Shown piece after piece: positions 27,853-39,366 of a stretch of 64,000 nucleotides of DNA; position 1 is the stretch's first letter, and each line of letters starts with the position of its first letter. Made by a program: the position numbers and the translations under genes. Source of the DNA: a virus. Its lineage: Duplodnaviria > Caudoviricetes. The notes under the pieces are model-generated. The model searched no databases. It saw only the letters and a list, made by a program, of their open reading frames with translations, and was not told the DNA's origin. The stretch covers positions 7,973 to 71,972 of the IMG/VR virus record IMGVR_UViG_3300020045_011785. One strand, given 5' to 3'.

Positions 27853-30456
27853 ATGTATCAATCCATCTATTACGATAGAAACACTTACGAATATCATTTA
27901 CGAGATGATATAAAAGGTTGGAAAACATTTAAATATCAACCCACTCTATACCAACTTGATCCAGATGGTGAATTTGAAACCTTAGATGGACAGAGTGTAT
28001 CTCCTGTAAAAAAGATGGATGATTGGAAAGATCCTAAATATTTTGAAAAGGATGTTGATAAAGATACTCGTGTATTAGTAGATTTTTATTATGAATCAGA
28101 TGAAACACCTTCATACCATAATTTAGTTTATTTGGATATTGAGTGTGAAATTGCAGGAGCACTTACACCTGAAAACATTAAGGATCCTAAAGGTAAAATT
28201 ACATCAGTTGCTTTATATGATAACAATAGTAAAAAATATTATTGTTTGATTTTAGATGAACAGCAACTAATGAGTGAAGCCAAATCAAAGAGTAAAGAGG
28301 TTATCCCTTATAAAACGGAAAAAGAATTACTTAATGGTTTTCTTGATTTGTGGATTAATTTAGACCCTACTATCATATCAGGATGGAATAGTGAGTTTTT
28401 TGATATACCTTACCTGTATTATCGTATTAATAAAGTGATGGGAAATGATATGGGTAATTATTTGTCTCCAATTCAAAAAGTAAAAATTGATGTAACGTAT
28501 GAGGCAAATGGGGCTGTTGAAAACGTAAACATTGCAGGTGTTAACCATCTTGATTACATGAACTTGTTTAAAAAGTTTATTACTAAACAAGAGCCAAGTT
28601 ACGCGTTAGGTAATATTGGAGAAAAATATGTTAAGTTAGGTAAGATTGAATACAACGGTTCACTTGATAGATTATTTGTTGAGGATGTAGATAAGTTTAT
28701 TGAGTATAACATTCGAGACGTTGAAATTATTGTTGAACTAGAGAAAGCACTTAAGTTTATTGAATTAACAGTTACAATTGCTCACTTATGTCATACAACT
28801 TATGAATCAATTTATTACTCTACAGTACTAAATGATGGAGCTATTTTAACTTACCTAAAACGTAAAGGTATAGTTTCACCTAATAAACCTACTACCTACA
28901 ATCCAGCTCTAAAAACATTACAAGAGGAATATGCTGGAGGTTATTTAAAAGATCCTGTACCTGGTTTGTATGAGTGGGTTATTGATTTGGATTTTACCTC
29001 ACTGTATCCCTCTATTATCCGTTCACTCAATATGGGGATTGAAACATTAGTAGGGCGAGTTGTTAACAGAGATAAATTTGATAATCAATGGTCACTTAAG
29101 GAACTTAAATCAATGGATCCTAATAAAGTGGTTACTATTGAAAAAGTTAAACGGGATCGTAGATTATCTGAAGCACAGATTTCTGTAGGTGAATTGATAA
29201 AAATTATTGAACAAAATGATTTTATCATTTCAGCACCTGGAGTAATATTCCGTAAAGATAAATTAAGTGTTGTATGTGAAATCTTATCTGACTGGTTTGC
29301 TAAACGTCAAGAGTATAAAAAGCTCATGAAAAAAGCATACAAAGTAGATAACGACCCTGTTATGGGAGAGTTTTATAATAAGCGTCAACACGCGTATAAG
29401 ATTAAATTGAATGATGTTTACGGGGTATTTGCTATCAATGGTTGGAGATACACTGATGGACATAAATTTATTAGTAAAGCAATTACTTTAACAGGTCAAC
29501 GCTTGTTACAAGAAAGTATTGCTAATATGAATAATTACCTAAATAATGAATTAGGCAATGAAACACCAGTAGATTATATTGTTACAAGTGATACCGATTC
29601 ACTATTCATTCAGTGTAAGGATTTATTAAAAGCAAGACATCCTGATATTAATTTTAGTAACCAAGAGGATGTAATTAAAAAGATATTAGTAATTGCTACT
29701 GAATTACAAGCAATGGCAAATAAGTTTATTGGTGATTTTGCTAAAGATGCTTTTAATTTAGGAGAAAACACACAACATTATTTTGAGCTAAAGCAAGAGG
29801 TTGTACTTGATAGAGGTTATTTTGCAGGTAAGAGAAGATACGCCCAACATATTGTTAACAAAGAAGGTGTTCCTGTAGACGAATTGGATATGAAGGGTCT
29901 AGATTTGATGAAATCAAATTTCCCTCCATTGTTTAAAAAGTTTGGTGAACACATTATTAATGAAATTATGTTTGGTAAATCTAAAACAGATATTGATAAA
30001 CAAATATTAGATTTTAGAAACGAAATAAGAACAATTGGTTGGAAAAATATTCTTAAACCTACAGGTCTAAAGAAAATGGGAGAATACCTAGCAGGACCTC
30101 CAGGTGCAGGTGAAATATTTTCTAAATTGGCTTTAAAATGTCCTATTAATACTAAAGCAGCTATTTATACAAATGATATTTTACGGTTTAAGAAATTAGA
30201 TAAAAAATACCCAACATTCCAGATTGGAGATAAAATTTATTTAGTATACTTGAAAGATAATCCATACAGAATAGATGCTATTGCTTTAAATGGTTACAAT
30301 GATGCTCCTGAATTATTAGAGTTTGCTGAAAAATATATAGACAGAGACGGTTTGTTTGATAGTGTAATGAAGAATAAATTAGAAAGTTTGTATAGTGATC
30401 TTAACTGGGGTGCAGTAGTTCTTAATCCAAATATTAATAAATTCTTTAAGTTTTAA
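27853..30456 (+). CDS. Family B DNA polymerase
   Basis: ExoI LDIECE, ExoII GWNSEFFDIPY, DLDFTSLYPS, KIKLNDVYG, TSDTDS, KRRY. Confidence 0.96.
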   Translation: MYQSIYYDRNTYEYHLRDDIKGWKTFKYQPTLYQLDPDGEFETLDGQSVSPVKKMDDWKDPKYFEKDVDKDTRVLVDFYYESDETPSYHNLVYLDIECEIAGALTPENIKDPKGKITSVALYDNNSKKYYCLILDEQQLMSEAKSKSKEVIPYKTEKELLNGFLDLWINLDPTIISGWNSEFFDIPYLYYRINKVMGNDMGNYLSPIQKVKIDVTYEANGAVENVNIAGVNHLDYMNLFKKFITKQEPSYALGNIGEKYVKLGKIEYNGSLDRLFVEDVDKFIEYNIRDVEIIVELEKALKFIELTVTIAHLCHTTYESIYYSTVLNDGAILTYLKRKGIVSPNKPTTYNPALKTLQEEYAGGYLKDPVPGLYEWVIDLDFTSLYPSIIRSLNMGIETLVGRVVNRDKFDNQWSLKELKSMDPNKVVTIEKVKRDRRLSEAQISVGELIKIIEQNDFIISAPGVIFRKDKLSVVCEILSDWFAKRQEYKKLMKKAYKVDNDPVMGEFYNKRQHAYKIKLNDVYGVFAINGWRYTDGHKFISKAITLTGQRLLQESIANMNNYLNNELGNETPVDYIVTSDTDSLFIQCKDLLKARHPDINFSNQEDVIKKILVIATELQAMANKFIGDFAKDAFNLGENTQHYFELKQEVVLDRGYFAGKRRYAQHIVNKEGVPVDELDMKGLDLMKSNFPPLFKKFGEHIINEIMFGKSKTDIDKQILDFRNEIRTIGWKNILKPTGLKKMGEYLAGPPGAGEIFSKLALKCPINTKAAIYTNDILRFKKLDKKYPTFQIGDKIYLVYLKDNPYRIDAIALNGYNDAPELLEFAEKYIDRDGLFDSVMKNKLESLYSDLNWGAVVLNPNINKFFKF

Positions 30457-30464
30457 AGAAGTCA

Positions 30465-30496
30465 TTTGGAAATCTAAAGTTTCCTTAGTATATTTA
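30465..30496 (+). promoter_or_regulatory. Bacteroidota-type promoter
   Basis: TTTG-N20-TATATTTA. Confidence 0.6.
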
Positions 30497-30512
30497 TGAT
30501 ATATTAAATAAT

Positions 30513-30842
30513 ATGAAAAAAGCAGATAATTTCGATCCTAGTAAGTGGTTAGTAGAAAACAAACTTACTACTCAATCTCGTTTAAATGAAAATCAATATT
30601 TTATTAGAACTAAATATACTGTCAATAAGAATTGGTTTAATGATCCTTTAGAAGTGTTAAAAACTACTTTATACGGTTTAAAAGTAGCAAATACTATTGA
30701 TTCAAGTGAGGTAAAAGATATAGAGTATGAAGGAGATGATTTTGTTGCTTATGTTAATTTTCACACTAATCTAGATAAACCATCTTTTATAGAAAAACTA
30801 GAAGGGAGTTCTACAACTTCTGAACATTGGGAAATTTTGTAA
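30513..30842 (+). CDS. Hypothetical protein
   Basis: 109 aa with its own promoter motifs upstream. Confidence 0.6.
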   Translation: MKKADNFDPSKWLVENKLTTQSRLNENQYFIRTKYTVNKNWFNDPLEVLKTTLYGLKVANTIDSSEVKDIEYEGDDFVAYVNFHTNLDKPSFIEKLEGSSTTSEHWEIL

Positions 30843-30850
30843 AATAATAA

Positions 30851-30869
30851 GAGCCCTGTAAAAGGGCTC
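30851..30869 (+). terminator. Short hairpin before GIY-YIG gene
   Basis: GAGCCCT/AGGGCTC; no U-tract. Confidence 0.4.
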
Positions 30870-30911
30870 AAATTCTGTAATATTTATAATCGACCAAAAT
30901 TATAAATTACA

Positions 30912-31496
30912 GTGATACATATTACATACATTTATTTAGTAACTAATTGTTACAACGATCCTAATAAAGTCTATATAGGAAAAACCAAAAATTCTAGAAA
31001 ATCAGGCCATAAAAGAAAATTTGGTTATCAAATAGAATATTCAGAAATAGATGAAATAAATTCTTTAGATAGAAAAAATTGGAAACCTATAGAAACATAC
31101 TGGATTAATCAGTTTAAAGCTTGGGGGTTTGATGTTTTAAATGAAAATGAAGGTGGGGGTGGTCCTATTACTCATTCTGAGGAAGTTAAGCAAAAAATGA
31201 AACGTTCTATTGTTTATAAAACTTTAGATAAAGCTAAAGAATTAAGACAACAAGGTTACTCATATCAATATATAGCTGATGTGATAGGAGATAGGTGGGA
31301 TAATGTAAGAAATGCTTTAAAAGATATCCCAAAAACAAATTCCCAACCCTACAACAGACCTACATCAGACAAAATCCAATCTAAAAAAGAAGAAATAATA
31401 AGATTAAGGCAACAAGGATTTACATATCAAAAAATAGCTAAAAGTGTTAATCTTAATTTAGAAGCTGTTTGGAGAGTTGTAAATAATAATAAATAA
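30912..31496 (+). CDS. GIY-YIG homing endonuclease with two C-terminal HTH repeats
   Basis: YIYLVTNC...VYIGKT, E.YWI.QFK, NEGGGG; LRQQGYSYQYIA and LRQQGFTYQKIA. Confidence 0.75.
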   Translation: MIHITYIYLVTNCYNDPNKVYIGKTKNSRKSGHKRKFGYQIEYSEIDEINSLDRKNWKPIETYWINQFKAWGFDVLNENEGGGGPITHSEEVKQKMKRSIVYKTLDKAKELRQQGYSYQYIADVIGDRWDNVRNALKDIPKTNSQPYNRPTSDKIQSKKEEIIRLRQQGFTYQKIAKSVNLNLEAVWRVVNNNK

Positions 31497-31497
31497 A

Positions 31498-31531
31498 TTT
31501 GGTTATCCAAATAGTTTTTACTATATTTATA
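31498..31531 (+). promoter_or_regulatory. Composite promoter for clamp gene (host-type plus late-type motif)
   Basis: TTTG-N20-TATATTTA overlapping ATATTTATA 31523-31531. Confidence 0.6.
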
Positions 31532-31542
31532 ATAAACAAGTT

Positions 31543-32283
31543 ATGATTAATAAATTAGATTTAGTTTCGATTATTTCAAAATATTACCTTAATGGCAAAA
31601 ATGATGCTGTTAAATGGGATATTAAAGACAACAAATTAACGATCAAGTTTAAAGCCCCTGATAAATCAATGATTGGGGTTGTTACTTGTGATGATTTTGA
31701 TTTAGAGGATTCATCAATTGGTATTAGTAATACTACTCAACTACTTAAGTTGTTAGCTATTACAAATGGTCCATTAAGTTTAGAATATGTTAAACAACAT
31801 AAACTAATTACAAAACTTATTGTAGCTGATAACCAATTCACACTTAATTATGCTTTAGCAGACACAATGATCATACCTCCATCAGGTGAGTATGTTGGTG
31901 ATGAGGCATACAACATTGAAGCCACGTTAGATAACGAAAGTATAAATTCTATAGTACGAGCAAAATCTGCTTTGGCAGACACAGACACAGTTGTATTTAA
32001 ACCATTTACTAACGCTGATGGTGATTTACAATTGGAAATGGTATTTGGTGGTAATATTGAATATTCAAACAAAGTATCATTCTACATCCCAGATATTGAA
32101 ACTAATGATCTACCAAATGATTTCAAAGTTAATTATGATTCCAACATGATTAAAGAAATTATGTATTGTAATAAAGACGTAGCACATTGTACTATGGGAA
32201 TTAATTTAGATGGAATTATGAAATTATCTTTTGATAACGGAAGTATTAAAAGTGAATATTATGTAATTTCTAAAGATTATTAA
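31543..32283 (+). CDS. Sliding clamp (gp45/PCNA-like)
   Basis: 246 aa, beta-rich; lies between PolB and the clamp loader genes. Confidence 0.7.
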   Translation: MINKLDLVSIISKYYLNGKNDAVKWDIKDNKLTIKFKAPDKSMIGVVTCDDFDLEDSSIGISNTTQLLKLLAITNGPLSLEYVKQHKLITKLIVADNQFTLNYALADTMIIPPSGEYVGDEAYNIEATLDNESINSIVRAKSALADTDTVVFKPFTNADGDLQLEMVFGGNIEYSNKVSFYIPDIETNDLPNDFKVNYDSNMIKEIMYCNKDVAHCTMGINLDGIMKLSFDNGSIKSEYYVISKDY

Positions 32284-32284
32284 T

Positions 32285-32500
32285 ATGAATATCCCACTAA
32301 TTGCTATTAAAGACGAATTATATCACATTATTAGATTAATCCCTGAACATACAGGAATTGATACAAATTTATTTAAAGGATACACTAATACAACAAATGT
32401 TTTTAGAAAAGATGGAATGTTTTGGTTTGTCCGTTTAATAGAAGAAGCTCAAGTTATTGAAGAAGAACAACCAATTATTGAAGAAAATTTGGAATCTTAA
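32285..32500 (+). CDS. Hypothetical protein
   Basis: 71 aa. Confidence 0.55.
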   Translation: MNIPLIAIKDELYHIIRLIPEHTGIDTNLFKGYTNTTNVFRKDGMFWFVRLIEEAQVIEEEQPIIEENLES

Positions 32501-32519
32501 AGAAAAATTCGTATATTAC
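32488..32519 (+). promoter_or_regulatory. Bacteroidota-type promoter for groES operon
   Basis: TTTG-N20-TATATTAC. Confidence 0.65.
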
Positions 32520-32536
32520 CGGAAATAAAGACTGTT

Positions 32537-32857
32537 ATGACAAAAGAAAAAGAAGAGTTATCCAACAACACATTCATTAGAGATGAAAAAATCGAACCTT
32601 ATTTTATTGGTAAGGATTCACATTGCTACACAGTTTATGAAACTATTACCCCTGACACTCGTTATACAGAAGGTAATGTAGCTGGAAAAGATTACACCAA
32701 AGCATTAGGACATTACAGTAATTTTGGAAGCTGTTTAAAAGCAATTGCTCGTAATAAAACAAACGACAAACAAAATTATAGTTCTATTATGGAGTATCTT
32801 GAAACATACAAACAAATTGAAACAACAATCAACTCATTAATTAACACAGGAATATGA
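32537..32857 (+). CDS. Hypothetical protein
   Basis: 106 aa after promoter 32488; coupled to groES. Confidence 0.6.
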   Translation: MTKEKEELSNNTFIRDEKIEPYFIGKDSHCYTVYETITPDTRYTEGNVAGKDYTKALGHYSNFGSCLKAIARNKTNDKQNYSSIMEYLETYKQIETTINSLINTGI

Positions 32858-33147
32858 AATTAGAAGCATTATACAACGCAGTTATCGTTAAACCGGTAGA
32901 GGCAGAGGAAACCTCATACGGTGGAATCATTGTTCCCGATTTGGGGAATGAAAAGAACAAACTTGGAGAAGTAGTAGCAGTCGGTAAAGGTTATTATTCA
33001 GTAACCGGAGTTTGGATTGATACTATTCTTACAGTTGGAGATGTAGTAGTACTACCTACTATGGGATTTAGTAAATTGGAACATGAAGGTGATGAGTACT
33101 GGATTGGGCCTGAGAATCAAATTCTTGGAAAGGTAGTTGAAGGTTAA
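32854..33147 (+). CDS. groES: Co-chaperonin GroES
   Basis: YNAVIVKP, GGIIVPD, GEVVAVGKG, VGDVV. Confidence 0.92.
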   Translation: MKLEALYNAVIVKPVEAEETSYGGIIVPDLGNEKNKLGEVVAVGKGYYSVTGVWIDTILTVGDVVVLPTMGFSKLEHEGDEYWIGPENQILGKVVEG

Positions 33148-33186
33148 AGAAAATCAAATCTTAGCATATTTATAATAAAATGTGCT

Positions 33187-33795
33187 ATGAAAAAGTATTA
33201 TATATATACCTTAAGTAAAAATAAAACAATTTTCTATATTGGAAAAACTCTTAATTTAGATAAAAGATTGTCTAATCATAAAATAAAATATGGAAATGAT
33301 ATATTATTAGAAGTTTTAGATGAAACTACTAATTGGAAATCATCAGAAATATTTTGGATAGAACAATTTAGACAATGGGGTTTTTATTTAAAAAACAAAA
33401 ATAAAGGAGGTGGAGGACGAGATTACCAAACTGAAGAAATAAAAACAAAAATTGGTAAAAATCAACCCAAAACAAAAATCCGGAACTCTGAAACTAATAT
33501 AAAAATTGGTTTATCTAATAAAGGATTAAAGAAAAAACCTTGTAGTGATGAAAGAAAAGCTAAAATAAGTAAATCAAACAAAGGTAAACAATTTAACTTA
33601 GGAAAAAAATATAATACAATAACCTTTAAAAAAGTAATACAATATGATTTGCAAAATAATTTCATCAAAGAGTGGAATTCAGTAAAAGAAATATTATATT
33701 ATTTAGGAAAAAAACAAAACAATATGAGTATCTATAGATGTTTGCAAGGTCAATTAGATACAGCATATAAATTTAAATGGAAATACAAACAATAA
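33187..33795 (+). CDS. GIY-YIG homing endonuclease with NUMOD3/NUMOD1-like tail, between groES and groEL
   Basis: YYIY...FYIGKT, EIFWIEQF, NKGGGG, VIQYDLQNNFIKEWNS, YKFKWKY. Confidence 0.78.
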   Translation: MKKYYIYTLSKNKTIFYIGKTLNLDKRLSNHKIKYGNDILLEVLDETTNWKSSEIFWIEQFRQWGFYLKNKNKGGGGRDYQTEEIKTKIGKNQPKTKIRNSETNIKIGLSNKGLKKKPCSDERKAKISKSNKGKQFNLGKKYNTITFKKVIQYDLQNNFIKEWNSVKEILYYLGKKQNNMSIYRCLQGQLDTAYKFKWKYKQ

Positions 33796-33813
33796 AAAAA
33801 GAAAAACAATTAA

Positions 33814-35427
<1,614 letters not shown>

Positions 35428-35437
35428 ATTCATAGGT

Positions 35438-35626
35438 ATGCAAGACGCAGTATCATTAATCGGAAAACTTATTAATATTGATGGTCAATTACTTACCGTC
35501 AAAGCATTATATTTTGTTCCTGGTACTGATAGGATTTATGTAGGTATGGCCACAGCAGGTCATACTTACATAAATTATCCTATTGAAAAATTAATTCCTT
35601 ATTTTCAAGACCAAGTAAAGTTATGA
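35438..35626 (+). CDS. Hypothetical protein
   Basis: 62 aa within operon. Confidence 0.5.
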   Translation: MQDAVSLIGKLINIDGQLLTVKALYFVPGTDRIYVGMATAGHTYINYPIEKLIPYFQDQVKL

Positions 35627-35889
35627 GCAAAATAGAAATACAAGAAAAATTAATCGAGGTAGCAATCCGTCAATCCCCAGGTGATAATTGGAAAGTACAT
35701 GGTACTGAAAAAATTCAACATTCATTAACAGATGCTTTAGAAGCATGGTATCAAAAAGCTACTATTAAGCCACAAGCTTTTAGATTAGATTTAATCTCAG
35801 GTAGACTTTATGCTATTGTTAGTAATGAAGTAGAAGTTCAAGAACCAGAACCTAAAAAATATTCAATATACGGAGACTATGAGTTCTAA
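35623..35889 (+). CDS. Hypothetical protein
   Basis: 88 aa, ATGA-coupled. Confidence 0.55.
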   Translation: MSKIEIQEKLIEVAIRQSPGDNWKVHGTEKIQHSLTDALEAWYQKATIKPQAFRLDLISGRLYAIVSNEVEVQEPEPKKYSIYGDYEF

Positions 35890-36817
35890 GAGAGAGCATA
35901 CTTTATGGGTTGAAAAATACCGTAGCCAAACACTTGAGGATTATGTTGGTAATGAAAACATCAAACAAACGATTGATCATTATCTAAAACAAAATGATAT
36001 TCAAAACTTCCTGTTTTACGGAACAGCAGGAACTGGTAAAACTACATTAGCAAAACTTATTGTTAATAATCTTGATTGTGAATACTTGTACATCAATGCT
36101 AGTGATGAAAATGGAATTGATACAATTAGGGAAAAAGTTAAGAGTTTTGCATCTGTTGCCTCATTTAAACCATTTAAAGTAATTATCCTGGATGAAGCAG
36201 ATTATATTACAATCCAGGGTCAAGCAGCGCTTCGTAATATCATTGAAACATTTTCAAGGTCAACTCGTTTTATTTTAACTTGTAACTATATTGAACGTGT
36301 GATTGATCCTCTACAGTCTCGTTGTCAAGTACTAAAAATCGTACCTCCATCCAAAAACGAGGTTGCTTATCATATTATGAATATCCTTAAACAGGAGGAA
36401 GTTGATTGTAGTACTGATGATTTGAAATTAGTTATTAATCAACACTATCCTGATATCCGTAAAATGCTTAACACACTACAAATGAGTGTTAACGGCAATG
36501 AAATCGTTGTAGATAAGAGTATATTAGTGTCTAATAGCTACAAAAACAAGGTGCTCGCGGAACTATGTAAACCAACAGCTAAATCGTTTAATAACATTAG
36601 ACAAATAATTGCTGACTCAAATGTAAATGATTTTGAAGACATGTTTAGATACTTGTATGACAATGTAGAAAAGTATGCTCCATTAAGTGTAGGTGAGGTA
36701 GTAATTTATATTGAAGAGTACCAATATCATTCCAACTTCAGGATCGATAAAGAAATCAACACTATGGCTTTGATTTCTAGAATCTTGTCATTAATTTCAA
36801 GTAAAAGAGTTATATGA
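35879..36817 (+). CDS. Clamp loader AAA+ subunit (gp44/RFC small subunit)
   Basis: WVEKYRS, GTAGTGKT, INASD, ILDEAD, LQSRC. Confidence 0.93.
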   Translation: MSSKREHTLWVEKYRSQTLEDYVGNENIKQTIDHYLKQNDIQNFLFYGTAGTGKTTLAKLIVNNLDCEYLYINASDENGIDTIREKVKSFASVASFKPFKVIILDEADYITIQGQAALRNIIETFSRSTRFILTCNYIERVIDPLQSRCQVLKIVPPSKNEVAYHIMNILKQEEVDCSTDDLKLVINQHYPDIRKMLNTLQMSVNGNEIVVDKSILVSNSYKNKVLAELCKPTAKSFNNIRQIIADSNVNDFEDMFRYLYDNVEKYAPLSVGEVVIYIEEYQYHSNFRIDKEINTMALISRILSLISSKRVI

Positions 36818-37017
36818 AGAAATTTGTCCTATTTTTCATAATGTGGGTAGCTAGTAATTTATCTATTCCGTTTTGGGCAGTAGGACATATTCATCTAACT
36901 ATGAATGTATATGATGATATTAAAGAAATAATAGCATCTTTCGGTATGAACATATTAGTTGCTACCGGATTTTATTTAGACTGGAAAAAACATAAAAAAG
37001 AAAACAATGAACAATAA
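36814..37017 (+). CDS. Small two-TM membrane protein
   Basis: Two hydrophobic segments, basic C-terminus. Confidence 0.55.
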   Translation: MKKFVLFFIMWVASNLSIPFWAVGHIHLTMNVYDDIKEIIASFGMNILVATGFYLDWKKHKKENNEQ

Positions 37018-37252
37018 ACCACAAATGAATGTCAACATCGACATTAAAAACACTAAAGCTATCACATCACCAGAAGGCAATCATGTATTTGCTGAAGGAG
37101 TTATTTTACGTAAAGTATCTCGTTTTGTAACAGGCACATCAGAGGACGGAGTTATTCCTGTACCATGTTTTTATGATGTAGTAACTGGAAAAGTATTAGT
37201 AGAATTGCTTCCTAAAGAATTGAGAGCAGAATTCGAAGATGACAATATTTGA
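37007..37252 (+). CDS. Hypothetical protein
   Basis: 81 aa within operon. Confidence 0.6.
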   Translation: MNNKPQMNVNIDIKNTKAITSPEGNHVFAEGVILRKVSRFVTGTSEDGVIPVPCFYDVVTGKVLVELLPKELRAEFEDDNI

Positions 37253-37658
37253 TTGGCTTAAGGAGATAACAACAACGAAATCAGCCTGGTCATCTTTTAC
37301 GGAAGACCAGCAAAACTCGTTTAATTCTTACATGGTTCACCGTTTTGTTAGTATGTATGAGGGGTATACAGAGGTTGCGAATTATGGCCAAAGGATACCA
37401 TATCCCGAAAAAGAAAAAACCTATAAATACTACTGCCATATGTTACCTAAAAAGAATGTCTTCCTCAAGTACGTGAAAAGTTCACGTAAAAAATCAAATG
37501 AACAATTGTTACAACACATTGCTAACCATTTTACAGTATCACTAGGTGAGGCAGAAGAATACATTGAGTTATTAAAAAAAGCCGGAGTAGAACAAATCCT
37601 TGAAAAATCAGGGGTTGACGAAAAGGAAATAAAAAAGTTATTAAAAGAAGTTAAATGA
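37239..37658 (+). CDS. Clamp loader small subunit (gp62-like)
   Basis: TIFDWLKEIT, FNSYMVHRFVS, HFTVSLGEAEEYI; near the gp44-like gene. Confidence 0.65.
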   Translation: MTIFDWLKEITTTKSAWSSFTEDQQNSFNSYMVHRFVSMYEGYTEVANYGQRIPYPEKEKTYKYYCHMLPKKNVFLKYVKSSRKKSNEQLLQHIANHFTVSLGEAEEYIELLKKAGVEQILEKSGVDEKEIKKLLKEVK

Positions 37659-37906
37659 CAAAAAACAGCGATTTAGGAATTAGGGGAGAACATCCCCAAA
37701 CAAGAACAGTTATTAAAACAGATTCAGTAGTAGATTCTATTGTTGATAGTTTTATTTCAAGAGCAGCTCAAGGTAAAGAAAAATATGGACATACCCTTGA
37801 TAGACAAGATTTATCAGTACTAGACTGGATTAATCATGCTCAACAAGAACTTCAAGATGGTATTTTGTATCTTGAAAAATTGAAACAGACCCTAGGTGGT
37901 AAGTAG
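37655..37906 (+). CDS. Small helical protein, possible MazG-like nucleotide pyrophosphatase
   Basis: GKEKYG...HAQQELQDGILY resembles all-alpha NTP-PPase E-x-x-D metal motif. Confidence 0.35.
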   Translation: MTKNSDLGIRGEHPQTRTVIKTDSVVDSIVDSFISRAAQGKEKYGHTLDRQDLSVLDWINHAQQELQDGILYLEKLKQTLGGK

Positions 37907-37908
37907 TT

Positions 37909-38862
37909 TTGGGACGAAAGAAAAAAATACCTGCTATTGTAAAGCAGATCAAAAAGCAACCAGTTAATGAGGTTAACTATGCGACTCAAAAATCGATCTC
38001 GTATAGTCAACTCTCTATGTATACTAACTGTCCACGCAAATGGTCTTTACAGTATAAAGACGGTTTCTACACGTCTGAGTCATCGATTCATATGACGTTT
38101 GGGACAGCGTTGCATGAAACTTTACAGCATTATATAACAACTATATACGAGGAAAGTGGTGCTGCCGCTGATCGAATTGATTTAGATACCTATTTTGAAG
38201 AACGTTTTAGAGAAACATACTTAAAAGATTATACCTCAAATAAAAAGGTTCACTTTAGTGATCCTGTTCAAATGAGAGAATTTTTTGAAGATGGACTTGA
38301 AATCATTAAAGCTGTAAAGAAAAATAGAGCAGGTATTTTTGGGAAAAGGGGATGGCATTTAATTGGGTGTGAGGTTCCTATTGTTTTAACTCCACTACCT
38401 CAATTTAATAATGTTTTATATAAAGGTTATTTGGATGTTGTTTTGTATAACGAAACTTATAACGAATTTAAAATCCTAGATATTAAAACATCTACTAAAG
38501 GTTGGAGTGATTATGAGAAAAAAGACGAAACAAAACAATTCCAATTAATACTTTATAAGTATTTCTTCGCTAAACAATTTGGAGTTGATATTGAAAAAAT
38601 TGATATACAATTCTTTATTGTTAAACGTAAAATATGGAAAGACTCCCCATTTCCTATCTCCCGAATACAAGAATTTACTCCAGCATCTGGTAAAGTAAAA
38701 GTAAATAAAGCAGTAAATGCTGTAACAAGTTTTATAGAAGGTGTATTTAACACAGACGGTTCTTACAAAGACGTAACTCATGAACCAAATCCTTCGCTTA
38801 ATGGTTGTAAGTATTGTCCGTTTAAAGACAATAAAGAATTATGTGATAAAGGTATATCTTGA
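37909..38862 (+). CDS. Cas4/AddB-like PD-(D/E)XK exonuclease
   Basis: N-terminal CPRKW, GTALH, DIKTS, QLILY, C-terminal CKYCPF...C; TTG start. Confidence 0.8.
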   Translation: MGRKKKIPAIVKQIKKQPVNEVNYATQKSISYSQLSMYTNCPRKWSLQYKDGFYTSESSIHMTFGTALHETLQHYITTIYEESGAAADRIDLDTYFEERFRETYLKDYTSNKKVHFSDPVQMREFFEDGLEIIKAVKKNRAGIFGKRGWHLIGCEVPIVLTPLPQFNNVLYKGYLDVVLYNETYNEFKILDIKTSTKGWSDYEKKDETKQFQLILYKYFFAKQFGVDIEKIDIQFFIVKRKIWKDSPFPISRIQEFTPASGKVKVNKAVNAVTSFIEGVFNTDGSYKDVTHEPNPSLNGCKYCPFKDNKELCDKGIS

Positions 38863-38903
38863 AGAATCTTGATATATTTATAATATATATATTAGTAGAT
38901 ACT

Positions 38904-39347
38904 ATGGATAACATTCAAAATCAAGGAATTAAAATTTATGTTTATGCTTTAATTGATGAAAATGATCAAATAAAATATGTTGGTAAATCTAATACTCCAA
39001 AATCAAGATTAGCTAACCATAAATGTAATCTAAATAATCCTAAACTAAAAATGAAAATTTTAGATTATTTCTATGATATTGAACAATATTGGGTTAATAA
39101 ATTAATACAAGAAGGACATGATTTAATTAATAAAGAATTTTTTATTCATAATGAAGAATGGGAAAAAGGAGATATAATAGATACAAATGGTAAATTCTCT
39201 TTTAAAATATATGATAAAGAATTAAATATTACTTATAATAGTATGTATGAATTAAGTAAAATTATAAACTTAGACATCCAACAACTTCAAACCCGAATTA
39301 ACAAACCAGAAAAATACAAAGAGTTTGCCAAATATCAGATATTATAA
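38904..39347 (+). CDS. Divergent GIY-YIG endonuclease
   Basis: IYVYALID...KYVGKS..PKSRLANH, EQYWV; ATG at 38904. Confidence 0.6.
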   Translation: MDNIQNQGIKIYVYALIDENDQIKYVGKSNTPKSRLANHKCNLNNPKLKMKILDYFYDIEQYWVNKLIQEGHDLINKEFFIHNEEWEKGDIIDTNGKFSFKIYDKELNITYNSMYELSKIINLDIQQLQTRINKPEKYKEFAKYQIL

Positions 39348-39366
39348 TTACAATAAAATAAAAGCT

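Noticed and set aside
16714-30456. Inteins or introns in nrdJ, polB or helicase
   Set aside because: Lengths are ordinary, motifs are contiguous and no splice-junction residues or embedded nuclease were seen.
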